Shown: piece after piece, positions 16,222 to 24,543 of the stretch
How positions within the stretch are numbered: position 1 is the stretch's first letter
How the letters are laid out: each line of letters starts with the position of its first letter
Source of the DNA: Staphylothermus hellenicus DSM 12710
GTDB lineage: Archaea; Thermoproteota; Thermoprotei_A; Sulfolobales; Desulfurococcaceae
Assembly (NCBI RefSeq): GCF_000092465.1
Contig: NC_014205.1
Coordinates: forward strand, 600,001 to 632,000
Direction: 5' to 3'
DNA length: 32,000 nucleotides
The notes under the pieces: generated by a model
Databases searched by the model: none
The model's input: only the letters and a program-made list of their open reading frames with translations
Told to the model about the DNA's origin: nothing
Program-made: the position numbers and the translations under genes

Positions 16222-17556
16222 TTATTTCTCTTTTTCCACATGATCACTTATTTTTCTAACCTTTAATAATGGACCTTCCTTGCCAACAACAACTATTTTA
16301 TCTCCCTTATGGATTTCCTCGTCACTAATTGCTTTCCAATATTCTCCTTCAACAATGACGAAGCCGGGATTATTTGGTCCTATATCATCTATTGCTTTGC
16401 CAACTGAGCCTTTAGGCACTGTGGTTAGTTTGGGTGGTTGTTTCTTGGCTTTTATTACTTTGTATAATATGAAACCAGTAAATGCTCCAAGACCTATACC
16501 TAGAGATATACCTGTCCAGAAAAGCGATGCTTGGTAGCTGGGAGATATAAGCCATCCAGGATTGAGCATTGGGAGCAAAGCTATTGATAAGGCAATCAAT
16601 ATTATACCGGTAAATCCTAAGATTCCGAAGCCAGGGGTGAATAACTCGATGGCCAAGGCTATTGCACCTATTACGAGTAATGCTAGGCTAACAGCATTTA
16701 TAGAGAATCCTGTACCGATAAGGGATAATATGATTAAACCAATAGCTAGAGGAACGACTAGGTAGTGGCCACTAAGCAACCCAAATATAAGCATTAATAC
16801 TCCTAATGTTGCCACCAAACTGTTTATTATTGGGTCACTAAGAGTTTTTACAACATAAACCCTTATACTGCCACTATAATGATATAATACCGCACCTTTT
16901 GTTCTCAACACATATTCTCTCCCATTATCTAATTTAACCTTCCATCCATCAATCTTATTCATTAAATCATCAATGTTTAATGCAATAACTTCTATTACAT
17001 GGTATTCTAAGGCTTTTTCAGCTGTTAAATAAAGGTTTTTTCTAACAAATAATTCAGCTGCAGTCTTGTTTCTCCCCCTATCCTCAGCGAGAGTAGTCAT
17101 TATTCCAACTATCGGATTAATGATTTTTGATTCGTTTATTGGTTTATAGGTCCCTGTTGTTGGATCATAAAGCACTGGTTGTGCCGCACCGATCAATGTT
17201 CCCGGCGCCATAGCTGCGACATGTGTGGCGAGCAATATGAGTGTGCCAGCGCTCCAAGCCTGTGCTCCAGCGGGATAAACATATCCTATTATTGGGACAT
17301 TACTATTCCTAATTAGCTTTATCATATTATTCGCCGAGTCTAGAAGACCTCCCGGAGTATCAAGGATCATTATTAATGGTGCATCTAGTTTTTCGGCCTC
17401 ACCTAAAGCTTCTTCTAAGAGATATTGTGTACCATAATTTATTTCACCATTTATATTAACAGTTACAATATAATGTGTCTCCTGGGAAAATACAGGCTTA
17501 AAACTAACAGTTAATATGGTGAGTAATAAAAATATATAGAATAATTTATTCAACAT
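16222..17556 (-). CDS. NfeD-family membrane-bound serine protease (ClpP-class, stomatin-specific protease type)
   Basis: It has a signal/anchor 'MLNKLFYIFLLLTILTV', a ClpP-like domain ('LDTPGG', 'AQAWSAGTLILLA'), a central TM bundle and a C-terminal NfeD OB-fold ('GEYWKAISDEEIHKGDKIVVVG'). I prefer ATG 17556, which gives the junction TAAcATG with the stomatin stop. The longest ORF extends to 17604. Confidence 0.88.
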   Translation of the reverse strand: MLNKLFYIFLLLTILTVSFKPVFSQETHYIVTVNINGEINYGTQYLLEEALGEAEKLDAPLIMILDTPGGLLDSANNMIKLIRNSNVPIIGYVYPAGAQAWSAGTLILLATHVAAMAPGTLIGAAQPVLYDPTTGTYKPINESKIINPIVGIMTTLAEDRGRNKTAAELFVRKNLYLTAEKALEYHVIEVIALNIDDLMNKIDGWKVKLDNGREYVLRTKGAVLYHYSGSIRVYVVKTLSDPIINSLVATLGVLMLIFGLLSGHYLVVPLAIGLIILSLIGTGFSINAVSLALLVIGAIALAIELFTPGFGILGFTGIILIALSIALLPMLNPGWLISPSYQASLFWTGISLGIGLGAFTGFILYKVIKAKKQPPKLTTVPKGSVGKAIDDIGPNNPGFVIVEGEYWKAISDEEIHKGDKIVVVGKEGPLLKVRKISDHVEKEK

Positions 17557-17557
17557 G

Positions 17558-18346
17558 TTACTCTTCACTACCACCACTACCACTGGTTTTTCTTGATAAA
17601 GCAACAGCTGTACCTAATAATGATGTTTCCGCACCGAGAGTTGAGGGGGATATTACTATCAAGTTCTTCTCCTTAGCAATTTCCAGAAGTGTTTGTAGTT
17701 CTCTTAGACGGAGCGCTGCTGGATGTTGTTCAAAAACTTTAGCCGCTTCGCCCAAGATTACTGATGCTTGTTTTTCTCCTTGAGCTTCAATTATTCTTGC
17801 GCGTCTCCATCTCTCAGCTTCTGCTTGTCTAGCCATTGCGCGAAGCATTGATTCAGGAAGTCTTACTTGTTTAAGAGTTACAGCTGTTACCTTAATCCCC
17901 CATGGATCAGTTACTTCGTCGAGAATTGCTTGTAGCTTCTTATTAATTTCCTCCCTCTTACTGAGGAGATCATCTAGTTCTACCTGTCCAATAATGTCTC
18001 TAAGTGTTGTCTGAGCCATCATCATTACGGCATAATGATAATTTTCAACCCTAGTAACAGCTAGAACAGGATCAAATACTCTATAATAAATTACTGCATC
18101 AACACCGACAGTTACATTATCCTTGGTTATTATTTGTTGCTCTGGAACATCGATAGTAGTTACCCTCAGATCTACTTTTATAAAATTATCCACGAATGGT
18201 ATTATAAAGAAGAGCTCTGGCCCCTTAGCTCCTAGAAGTCTTCCAAGTCTGAATATTACTGCTCTCTCATATTCTCTCACTATTTTAATGCTCATTGCCA
18301 AGAATATTAGCAGAATAATTACTAGGAACAATATACCTGGCAACAT
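17558..18346 (-). CDS. Stomatin / SPFH (band 7) family protein
   Basis: 'SIKIVREYERAVIFRLGR', 'ITKDNVTVGVDAVIYYRV' and a C-terminal coiled-coil 'ARQAEAERWRRARIIEAQGE' identify the family. I prefer ATG 18346, which has GAGG 5 nt upstream. The longest ORF starts at GTG 18406. Confidence 0.9.
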   Translation of the reverse strand: MLPGILFLVIILLIFLAMSIKIVREYERAVIFRLGRLLGAKGPELFFIIPFVDNFIKVDLRVTTIDVPEQQIITKDNVTVGVDAVIYYRVFDPVLAVTRVENYHYAVMMMAQTTLRDIIGQVELDDLLSKREEINKKLQAILDEVTDPWGIKVTAVTLKQVRLPESMLRAMARQAEAERWRRARIIEAQGEKQASVILGEAAKVFEQHPAALRLRELQTLLEIAKEKNLIVISPSTLGAETSLLGTAVALSRKTSGSGGSEE

Positions 18347-18444
18347 TTCCTCTATTCCGAGGAAATATAGTCCAATATATGGATATGGTAACAAAATACG
18401 TTGCACCTCTTCTCTGTCATAGAATTATTTTATTTATAAGCCTA

Positions 18445-18470
18445 CCTATATAGATTTATTTCTATATAGG
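18445..18470. promoter_or_regulatory. Perfect 10-bp inverted repeat containing TATA-like cores, between the HD gene and the stomatin operon
   Basis: cctatataga (18445-18454) and tctatatagg (18461-18470) are separated by the spacer tttatt. The repeat lies 13 nt downstream of the HD gene stop and about 40-100 nt upstream of the candidate stomatin starts. It could be an operator/promoter or a terminator hairpin. Confidence 0.3.
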
Positions 18471-18482
18471 ATTGTATTAAAC

Positions 18483-19100
18483 CTATTTCAGAAAATAATC
18501 AACATCTAATTCATTAGTTAGCATATCTAGTAGTTGCAGTATTCTATTCGTTAATTCTTCTGCTTTCTTCCTACTATATTTAAAATGCATTAATTCCTTC
18601 AAATTTAATATTTTCTCGTAGAAATGATTTAGTGTATCCTTAAGAGATCTCTTGTGTTGCCATGTATAATGAAAAACTCTGAGAAAACCTATTATGCCTA
18701 GAGCATCTAATTTATCTGCATCGCTTAGAATGTATGCTTCAATTGTTTCCGGTTTAATATTGTTTTTTCTAGAATAACTATAACTATGATATAGGATTGT
18801 GTTTTTTATTTTATTTATTGCTAATTGATCTACACCATACCATCTAAGTATTCCCTCAGCAAAAATTGCTGAATAATATGCATGAGGCTCTCCAACTACT
18901 CTACCAATGTCATGTAAGAGAATGCTTGTTTCCAAAACGAAATCATCAATTTCGCCTCTCAGCTTCTCTTCCTCTATAATTCTTTGAGCCCATTTCTTAA
19001 CTCTCAATATATGTGGGTATCCATGGCTAAAATCGTCTCCCATTACTTGCTTAGACAAGTTTTGGAGAATGGGTAGGATAGTGGAGTATTTATTGCTCAA
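18483..19100 (-). CDS. HD-domain metal-dependent phosphohydrolase
   Basis: 205 aa. 'HGYPHILRV' ... 'LLHDIGR' ... 'SDADKLDALG' give the H...HD...D signature. The TTG start lies 4 nt after the stop of the upstream ABC ATPase gene, so the two are probably co-transcribed. Confidence 0.85.
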   Translation of the reverse strand: MSNKYSTILPILQNLSKQVMGDDFSHGYPHILRVKKWAQRIIEEEKLRGEIDDFVLETSILLHDIGRVVGEPHAYYSAIFAEGILRWYGVDQLAINKIKNTILYHSYSYSRKNNIKPETIEAYILSDADKLDALGIIGFLRVFHYTWQHKRSLKDTLNHFYEKILNLKELMHFKYSRKKAEELTNRILQLLDMLTNELDVDYFLK

Positions 19101-19104
19101 TTCT

Positions 19105-20187
19105 TTATTCCCAAACAGCAGGTATTACGATAACATTGTCTTTTGGAGCAACAAGTTTTAGTTCTTGACCAATTGTTGGATACATAGTGTTTGGCAGGTA
19201 TACTATAAGGCTCGTCTTACCAGTGGATAATCTAACTTCTACTCTATCACCTAAGAACATTACTAAGTCGATTTTTCCAATAATATAGTTATCTGTTGGA
19301 ACACGTGATTCTGTTATCTTCATAATTTCAGGCCTCATTACAACAGCCACTTTCCTAGGTAGATCCTTATGGGGTGATACACCTAATATATCAGCATCTA
19401 GATCTGGAATTCTCACGAGTGCGTACTCATTCTCCCATCCTAAGAATTCACCATATAATATATTGCTTCTACCCAGGAAATCTGCTACGAATAAATTGGT
19501 AGGCTTAAAATATACTTCTCTTGGAGCACCATACTGTAGTAGCTTGCCTTTATTCATAACAGCTATTCTATCACTTATACTCATAGCTTCAATTTGATCA
19601 TGTGTAACATATATTGTTGTAATACCTAGTTTTTTCTGAAGCCTCTTAATCTCTTCTCTCATCTCGATTCTCAGTTTTGCATCTAAGTTGCTTAGAGGCT
19701 CATCTAATAATAAAACACGGGGCTCCACCACTAATGCTCTAGCTAATGCAACTCTCTGTTGCTGCCCACCACTTAATTGAAGCGGATAACGGTTTTCAAG
19801 TCCTTCAAGCTTAACTAGTTCCAGAGCCCACCTAACTTTTCTCCGAATATCTTCCTCCGATAACCGAAGCTTTCTCCTCCTTATCCTTAAACCATAAGCT
19901 ACATTATCATATACAGTCATATGCGGCCATAAAGCATAGTTTTGGAAAACCATAGCGGTATTTCTTAGATAGGGTTTAAGAAAAGTTACTTCTTCATCGT
20001 CAAAGTATACTTTTCCCTCCTCTGGAACTTCGAATCCCGCAATTATTCTGAGCGTAGTTGTTTTGCCACAACCACTTGGACCGAGCAATGTAAAAAGCTC
20101 TCCTGATTCAACCTCGAAGCTTATATGATCAACAGCTACTACTGACCCATACACTTTAGTTACGTTTTCAAGCCTTACACGAGTCAA
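19105..20187 (-). CDS. ABC importer ATP-binding protein (FbpC/PotA/MalK-like with C-terminal TOBE-type domain)
   Basis: It has Walker A 'GPSGCGKTT', signature 'LSGGQQQRVALARAL', Walker B 'LLLDEPLSNLD' and H-loop 'VTHDQ'. A C-terminal regulatory/TOBE-like extension of about 120 aa follows. Confidence 0.92.
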   Translation of the reverse strand: MTRVRLENVTKVYGSVVAVDHISFEVESGELFTLLGPSGCGKTTTLRIIAGFEVPEEGKVYFDDEEVTFLKPYLRNTAMVFQNYALWPHMTVYDNVAYGLRIRRRKLRLSEEDIRRKVRWALELVKLEGLENRYPLQLSGGQQQRVALARALVVEPRVLLLDEPLSNLDAKLRIEMREEIKRLQKKLGITTIYVTHDQIEAMSISDRIAVMNKGKLLQYGAPREVYFKPTNLFVADFLGRSNILYGEFLGWENEYALVRIPDLDADILGVSPHKDLPRKVAVVMRPEIMKITESRVPTDNYIIGKIDLVMFLGDRVEVRLSTGKTSLIVYLPNTMYPTIGQELKLVAPKDNVIVIPAVWE

Positions 20188-20217
20188 AACTTCTCAACCC
20201 CATAATTATTCACAGTT

Positions 20218-22476
20218 TTATACACCTATGAATGCATACCTCTGTTTAAACACAAGTACAACTATGGATACAGCTAGTAGTTGGAACAATATAAGTAATA
20301 CTCCCATTGAAGCAGCTATTTGAACACCATAAACAGTTGTTCCCTTATATGCCATCATCATTGCAAATGTCATTGGTGCTTGGTCAGGTCTTAAACCCCC
20401 AATTGTGATACTTGTGCTTACCTCTGTGCTGATATATATGAATCCAATGATTGCACCACTAATGATATATGTTAGTATGAATGGTAGTATAACACCAAAT
20501 ATAACCTTGGATCTAGTGGCACCCAGATTCAATGCAGCCTCTTCAAGTGCTTCATGAACCTGCTGGAACCCTGCATAAACAGATCTGACTACGAATGGTA
20601 ATTTACGTATACTATAAGCTATTATTAAAACGACCCATGCTTGGAAAGTTGTAGGGCCACTTGTAGGATCTAGCGGTGTTCCACGGAAGAATGTTGCGTA
20701 GAAATAAAAGTATCCCAGCGCGATTACCAGGCCAGGAATAGCGAGAGGAATTGTGGCTAAGGTATCCATGGTAGGAGTTATTACTCTAATCTTTGTTCTA
20801 CTCACACTATATGCTATCATGATAGCTATTGTAGTAGCCAAAGCGACTGCAGCGGCTGCATATGATAGAGTGTTCCTAATATACATGAATACATCTGGGT
20901 TCTTAAATAGAGAAATAAAGTATTCAGGTGTGGCTTGATCAAGGTTTATAGCGAATCCTCTTGGAGGCATAATATTAAATGCAAGCAGAATAACACCTAT
21001 TTGCGGCATTGCAGTAAACAGAATTAATGGTAATAGGAATAAGTAAACAAACAATAATCCTTTCAACCCAAGTCTTCTCTCACGTAAAGTCCATCTACCA
21101 CCCCTGCTGATCATAGCATATGATCTCATACCTACATAGCTCCTAATAGCTAAGAAGCCCATAGCAGCTAAGAATAACATTACAAAACCCAATGCCGCTA
21201 TCTCAGGTGATACTATACCTGTCTCCGAGGTAAAGCTACTGTATATTTGATAACTCATAAGTCTATCCTCTTGGAAAACAATGGGCGCGCCAAGGTCTTC
21301 CAAGCTAAATATAAATACTAGCACAGAACCAGCCACAATACCAGGCAATGCTAGTGGAAGAGTCACGGATAAGAAAAGTCTTAAACCTTTAGCACCTAGA
21401 TTCTCCGCTTGCTCCTCCATACTTGGATCCAAGTTTATAAAACTTGAATATGCATTTAGATAAACTATTGGATAAAACGCCATAATCTGTGCTAATGCAA
21501 CACCGGCTAGTTTATCTATTCTAATCCCCCAACCAAAAAGTGCTTGTGTCAACAGCGATATAGGTCCTTGATCACTGAAAAGTATCTTAATAACATATGC
21601 GTTGACAAACGGCGTGATAAACAATGGTATCATAGCTAGTATTCTGAAAACATTTCGGCCGGGAAAATTATATCTTGCAAGTACGAAAGCAACTAGTATA
21701 CCGAGAAATGTAGCTGTTGATGTTACAACAACAGCATTTATCAAACTATTTAATAAAATCCCATAGTTTATACCTGTAACAACATAAACGGGTCTACCGC
21801 CTATGATTTGTTTCTTATAGAAATGCTCCCATGGGAAGATCTCTAGTTTCACATATTTTCTGTTAGTAAATATTCTAATAAAATTATAAAGTACAGATTG
21901 ACCCGGAGGCACCTCGAAAGCATGATAAAGCATAAGCAGGACAGGTGTTAGAAGAAATACTATGAGAATAGTGAATCCTACTATTATGAAAACCCACATT
22001 ATAGGATCTATTTTATAAACAGCAGATCTAATTCTTGTTGAAAAAGATACCTTAATTCTTTTTTGTTTACGGGCCTGCTTCATAGAAGCTATTTTATCCC
22101 TAAAATAACCCATTGTAGCTATAGATATTAAGGGTAAAAGAAAGAATGCTAGAGCACGTGGATAACCCGTTATGTTTAAGACAAGAATGAAGAAAATATA
22201 GATAAATGATATAATCACAAAAAAGCTTAGAGAGAAACTGAATATTATTCTTCTATAATCTATACCTCGAAGAAACAAAATAAAGGAGTAGAAAATACCG
22301 AAAAACCATAGAACAGCTTCATTTTCCGGAGTCAAATATGGTTGAACAAGGATATATATTATTGCAAGAACTAGCCCTGCCAAGTACATATGCTTTAAGC
22401 CTAGCCTTGGTTCATAGTCCTGCAAATCCTTTCCCCCAATAACTAAATCTAACCAGTAAGATAACCATTTATTCAC
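20218..22476 (-). CDS. ABC importer permease, fused double MetI-like domain (FbpB/ThiP-type) with an extra N-terminal 4-TM extension
   Basis: 752 aa. It has two EAA loops ('EEQAENLGAKGLRLFLSVTLPLALPG' and 'EEAALNLGATRSKVIFGVILPF'), each within a 6-TM module. Residues 1 to about 130 add about 4 hydrophobic helices before a basic linker 'MKQARKQKRIK'. Confidence 0.88.
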   Translation of the reverse strand: MNKWLSYWLDLVIGGKDLQDYEPRLGLKHMYLAGLVLAIIYILVQPYLTPENEAVLWFFGIFYSFILFLRGIDYRRIIFSFSLSFFVIISFIYIFFILVLNITGYPRALAFFLLPLISIATMGYFRDKIASMKQARKQKRIKVSFSTRIRSAVYKIDPIMWVFIIVGFTILIVFLLTPVLLMLYHAFEVPPGQSVLYNFIRIFTNRKYVKLEIFPWEHFYKKQIIGGRPVYVVTGINYGILLNSLINAVVVTSTATFLGILVAFVLARYNFPGRNVFRILAMIPLFITPFVNAYVIKILFSDQGPISLLTQALFGWGIRIDKLAGVALAQIMAFYPIVYLNAYSSFINLDPSMEEQAENLGAKGLRLFLSVTLPLALPGIVAGSVLVFIFSLEDLGAPIVFQEDRLMSYQIYSSFTSETGIVSPEIAALGFVMLFLAAMGFLAIRSYVGMRSYAMISRGGRWTLRERRLGLKGLLFVYLFLLPLILFTAMPQIGVILLAFNIMPPRGFAINLDQATPEYFISLFKNPDVFMYIRNTLSYAAAAVALATTIAIMIAYSVSRTKIRVITPTMDTLATIPLAIPGLVIALGYFYFYATFFRGTPLDPTSGPTTFQAWVVLIIAYSIRKLPFVVRSVYAGFQQVHEALEEAALNLGATRSKVIFGVILPFILTYIISGAIIGFIYISTEVSTSITIGGLRPDQAPMTFAMMMAYKGTTVYGVQIAASMGVLLILFQLLAVSIVVLVFKQRYAFIGV

Positions 22477-22626
22477 ATCATCTATTGTTCTTAAGAATAC
22501 TTAAATCCTAGTTTCCTAAATAAAATTTAGTGTTTTGTTTGCCAAAGTTCTTATTCGTAAACTAAATGGGTGATTTTATAATTTAAAAAATACTTATTTA
22601 ATTAAAAACTATTATCTCTCCTTTCA

Positions 22627-24387
22627 TTACTTGCGTATTAAGTAATATATTGCTACAATTACTGCTATGACAATGATAACGATAGTTATCATTAATGACG
22701 TCGATAATCCGCCTGGCCCTGAAGGGGTTGTTGTAGTGATAGTTGGCGGCGTTGTTGGAGCTGGAGGCGTGGTTGTCGTTGTCGTGGTAGCCGTGGTTGT
22801 TGTGGTGGTAGCAGTGGTTGTTGCTGTAGTTGTGGTAGTTGTAGTGGTGGTTGTGGTCGTTGTTGTTGGGATTGGTGAGCCGCTTAGTATTTGTTGTAGT
22901 AGATTATATGTTTGTAGATAACGGTTTCTAGCTCCATCTTCCCACTCGCTCATTAATGCTTGATATATCGATCCCTTTAATAATTGATCATTTATTTTAA
23001 TAGCATAGTCAAGTGTGAACGTTGTTTTCTCTCCTGTTAGTGGATCAGTGAACTCGAACGGCTTGGTTAATTGGTCTATGAGATAATCGAATTGCTCCTT
23101 GGTTATCTGGCCGTTTAGATATGCTTGAGCAATTGCTGACCAAACATTTTGCAGGTCATCATGTGCATTTACAAGTGTTGCTTTGAAGTAGAACTGCATC
23201 GCTCTCTCTGTTAGACCTGATAGTGTTTCATTGAACTCTATGACTCCGCTAGTTGTGGCTGTTTCGAAAGCTTGTTTTAGATCCTGTCTTTGCTGGCCAA
23301 TGTCTGTATTGAAAACCCTGGGATTGATAGGTAGCCTGTTAATATCCGGGTCTAGCCAGACCTGTTGTCCACCATACTCGCTGAGAACCCATGCTACAAA
23401 GGCTGCAGCTTGTACAGGGTATCTTGTATCCTTAAGTATCGCTATTGGGTCAGCATTTACTATACTTTCACCCTCAGGAATAATGTATTCACATGCAGGG
23501 TTTTGATGCATAGCTGTATATCCATAGAAGTCAATAGTTATACCAGCAGCTATGTCTCCACGAATAACAGCGTCACGCACACCACTACTACTATCATATA
23601 TTTTAGCGTTAGCCGCCATAAGGGTTAACACCTTCCATCCCTCATCCCAGCCATATGCTTGCAGAATTATCTCATACATTCTAGTATTGCTTGTGCTCTT
23701 TGTTGGATCAGCTATACCGGTTAGTGGAGTGTCTGGTAAGTATTTTGCGTACACAGGATCTGTTAAGTCCATCCATTTCTTGGGAACAGGTACATTATAG
23801 TTATTGATTACATCATGGTTAACTGTGAATCCAAAGCTACTTATTGCAGCACCTATCCAGTGCACATAACCATCGTCTCCAACCTTATATGTGGGGGCAC
23901 CAGCTACTCTCTCAGGGATTTTCTGCATCTCATATAAGACAGCATCAAATTCTGGATGAGTTGTGTTGTCTAGTGGCTCAATATATCCTTTCTCATCAAT
24001 ATAGTTAAATAATGTTGGCCCGCCTCCCCATGCTACATCGATTGGTCTACCAGCATCTAGTGCTTGTTTAATATATGTCTCCCACTGTTCCGGACCGGCG
24101 AAGACTGCTACTATGTTTGTGATTCCAAGCTCTTTAGCTATTGGGCTATTCAGGAATGCTTCCTTAGCCTTCATAATGATTGTATTCTCGTGTCTCGTAA
24201 TAATTGTCAAGGTTACTCCTGTAGGATGCGGCAGGCTTTTCAAGTATTCCAGCCAAGGATATGGCTCGCTTTGATTACCCCATGGCCATGCCCCAGCTGT
24301 ATGTTTAATATTGATCGCTGTAGCTGTAGTTCCAAGCATTAATAAGATAGATAGGCTAATAATAAGTAATGCCTTTACATTGAACAA
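22627..24387 (-). CDS. ABC transporter substrate-binding protein (family-1 / Fe(III)-thiamine-polyamine-like class), with a poly-Thr stalk and C-terminal TM anchor
   Basis: 586 aa with an N-terminal signal peptide. The binding-protein fold is indicated by 'LTIITRHE', 'DVAWGGGPTLF', 'SSFGFTVN' and 'STSNTRMYE'. The C-terminus has a tract of about 48 aa made almost entirely of Thr, then 'LMITIVIIVIAVIVAIYYLIRK'. Confidence 0.85.
   Translation of the reverse strand: MFNVKALLIISLSILLMLGTTATAINIKHTAGAWPWGNQSEPYPWLEYLKSLPHPTGVTLTIITRHENTIIMKAKEAFLNSPIAKELGITNIVAVFAGPEQWETYIKQALDAGRPIDVAWGGGPTLFNYIDEKGYIEPLDNTTHPEFDAVLYEMQKIPERVAGAPTYKVGDDGYVHWIGAAISSFGFTVNHDVINNYNVPVPKKWMDLTDPVYAKYLPDTPLTGIADPTKSTSNTRMYEIILQAYGWDEGWKVLTLMAANAKIYDSSSGVRDAVIRGDIAAGITIDFYGYTAMHQNPACEYIIPEGESIVNADPIAILKDTRYPVQAAAFVAWVLSEYGGQQVWLDPDINRLPINPRVFNTDIGQQRQDLKQAFETATTSGVIEFNETLSGLTERAMQFYFKATLVNAHDDLQNVWSAIAQAYLNGQITKEQFDYLIDQLTKPFEFTDPLTGEKTTFTLDYAIKINDQLLKGSIYQALMSEWEDGARNRYLQTYNLLQQILSGSPIPTTTTTTTTTTTTTTATTTATTTTTTATTTTTTTPPAPTTPPTITTTTPSGPGGLSTSLMITIVIIVIAVIVAIYYLIRK
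22725..22870 (-). repeat. Low-complexity ACN-codon tract (poly-Thr stalk of the binding protein)
   Basis: The + strand reads as a GTN-rich run (ggttgttgtagtg...). It translates on the minus strand to T14-A-TTT-A-T6-A-T7-PPAPTTPPTITTTT. Confidence 0.9.
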
Positions 24388-24442
24388 TCATATTCGCCTC
24401 CTAGATACACTATTAATCCCACTTTAATTAAAATATATGTAT

Positions 24443-24472
24443 TTGTCAAAATTAAATCAATCCTTGTCAAAA
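24443..24472. promoter_or_regulatory. Direct repeat TTGTCAAAA x2 in the divergent promoter region of the binding-protein gene and the 942-aa surface-protein gene
   Basis: TTGTCAAAA occurs at 24443-24451 and 24464-24472, 21 bp start-to-start (two helical turns). It lies in the 156-bp spacer between divergent genes, next to the TATA-like 'aaatatatg'. Confidence 0.3.
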
Positions 24473-24543
24473 CAATGAATTAATAAATAACTGGATATTA
24501 TATTATTATTTGATTAATACGTATGGTATAGGGTGAAGCTAAT

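Noticed and set aside
18483-20187. The HD hydrolase + ABC ATPase pair as a possible nucleotide-signalling or defence module.
   Set aside because: The ATPase has a canonical importer-type signature with a TOBE-like tail, and it sits directly after its cognate permease and binding protein. Nothing suggests a soluble defence ABC/SMC-type ATPase.
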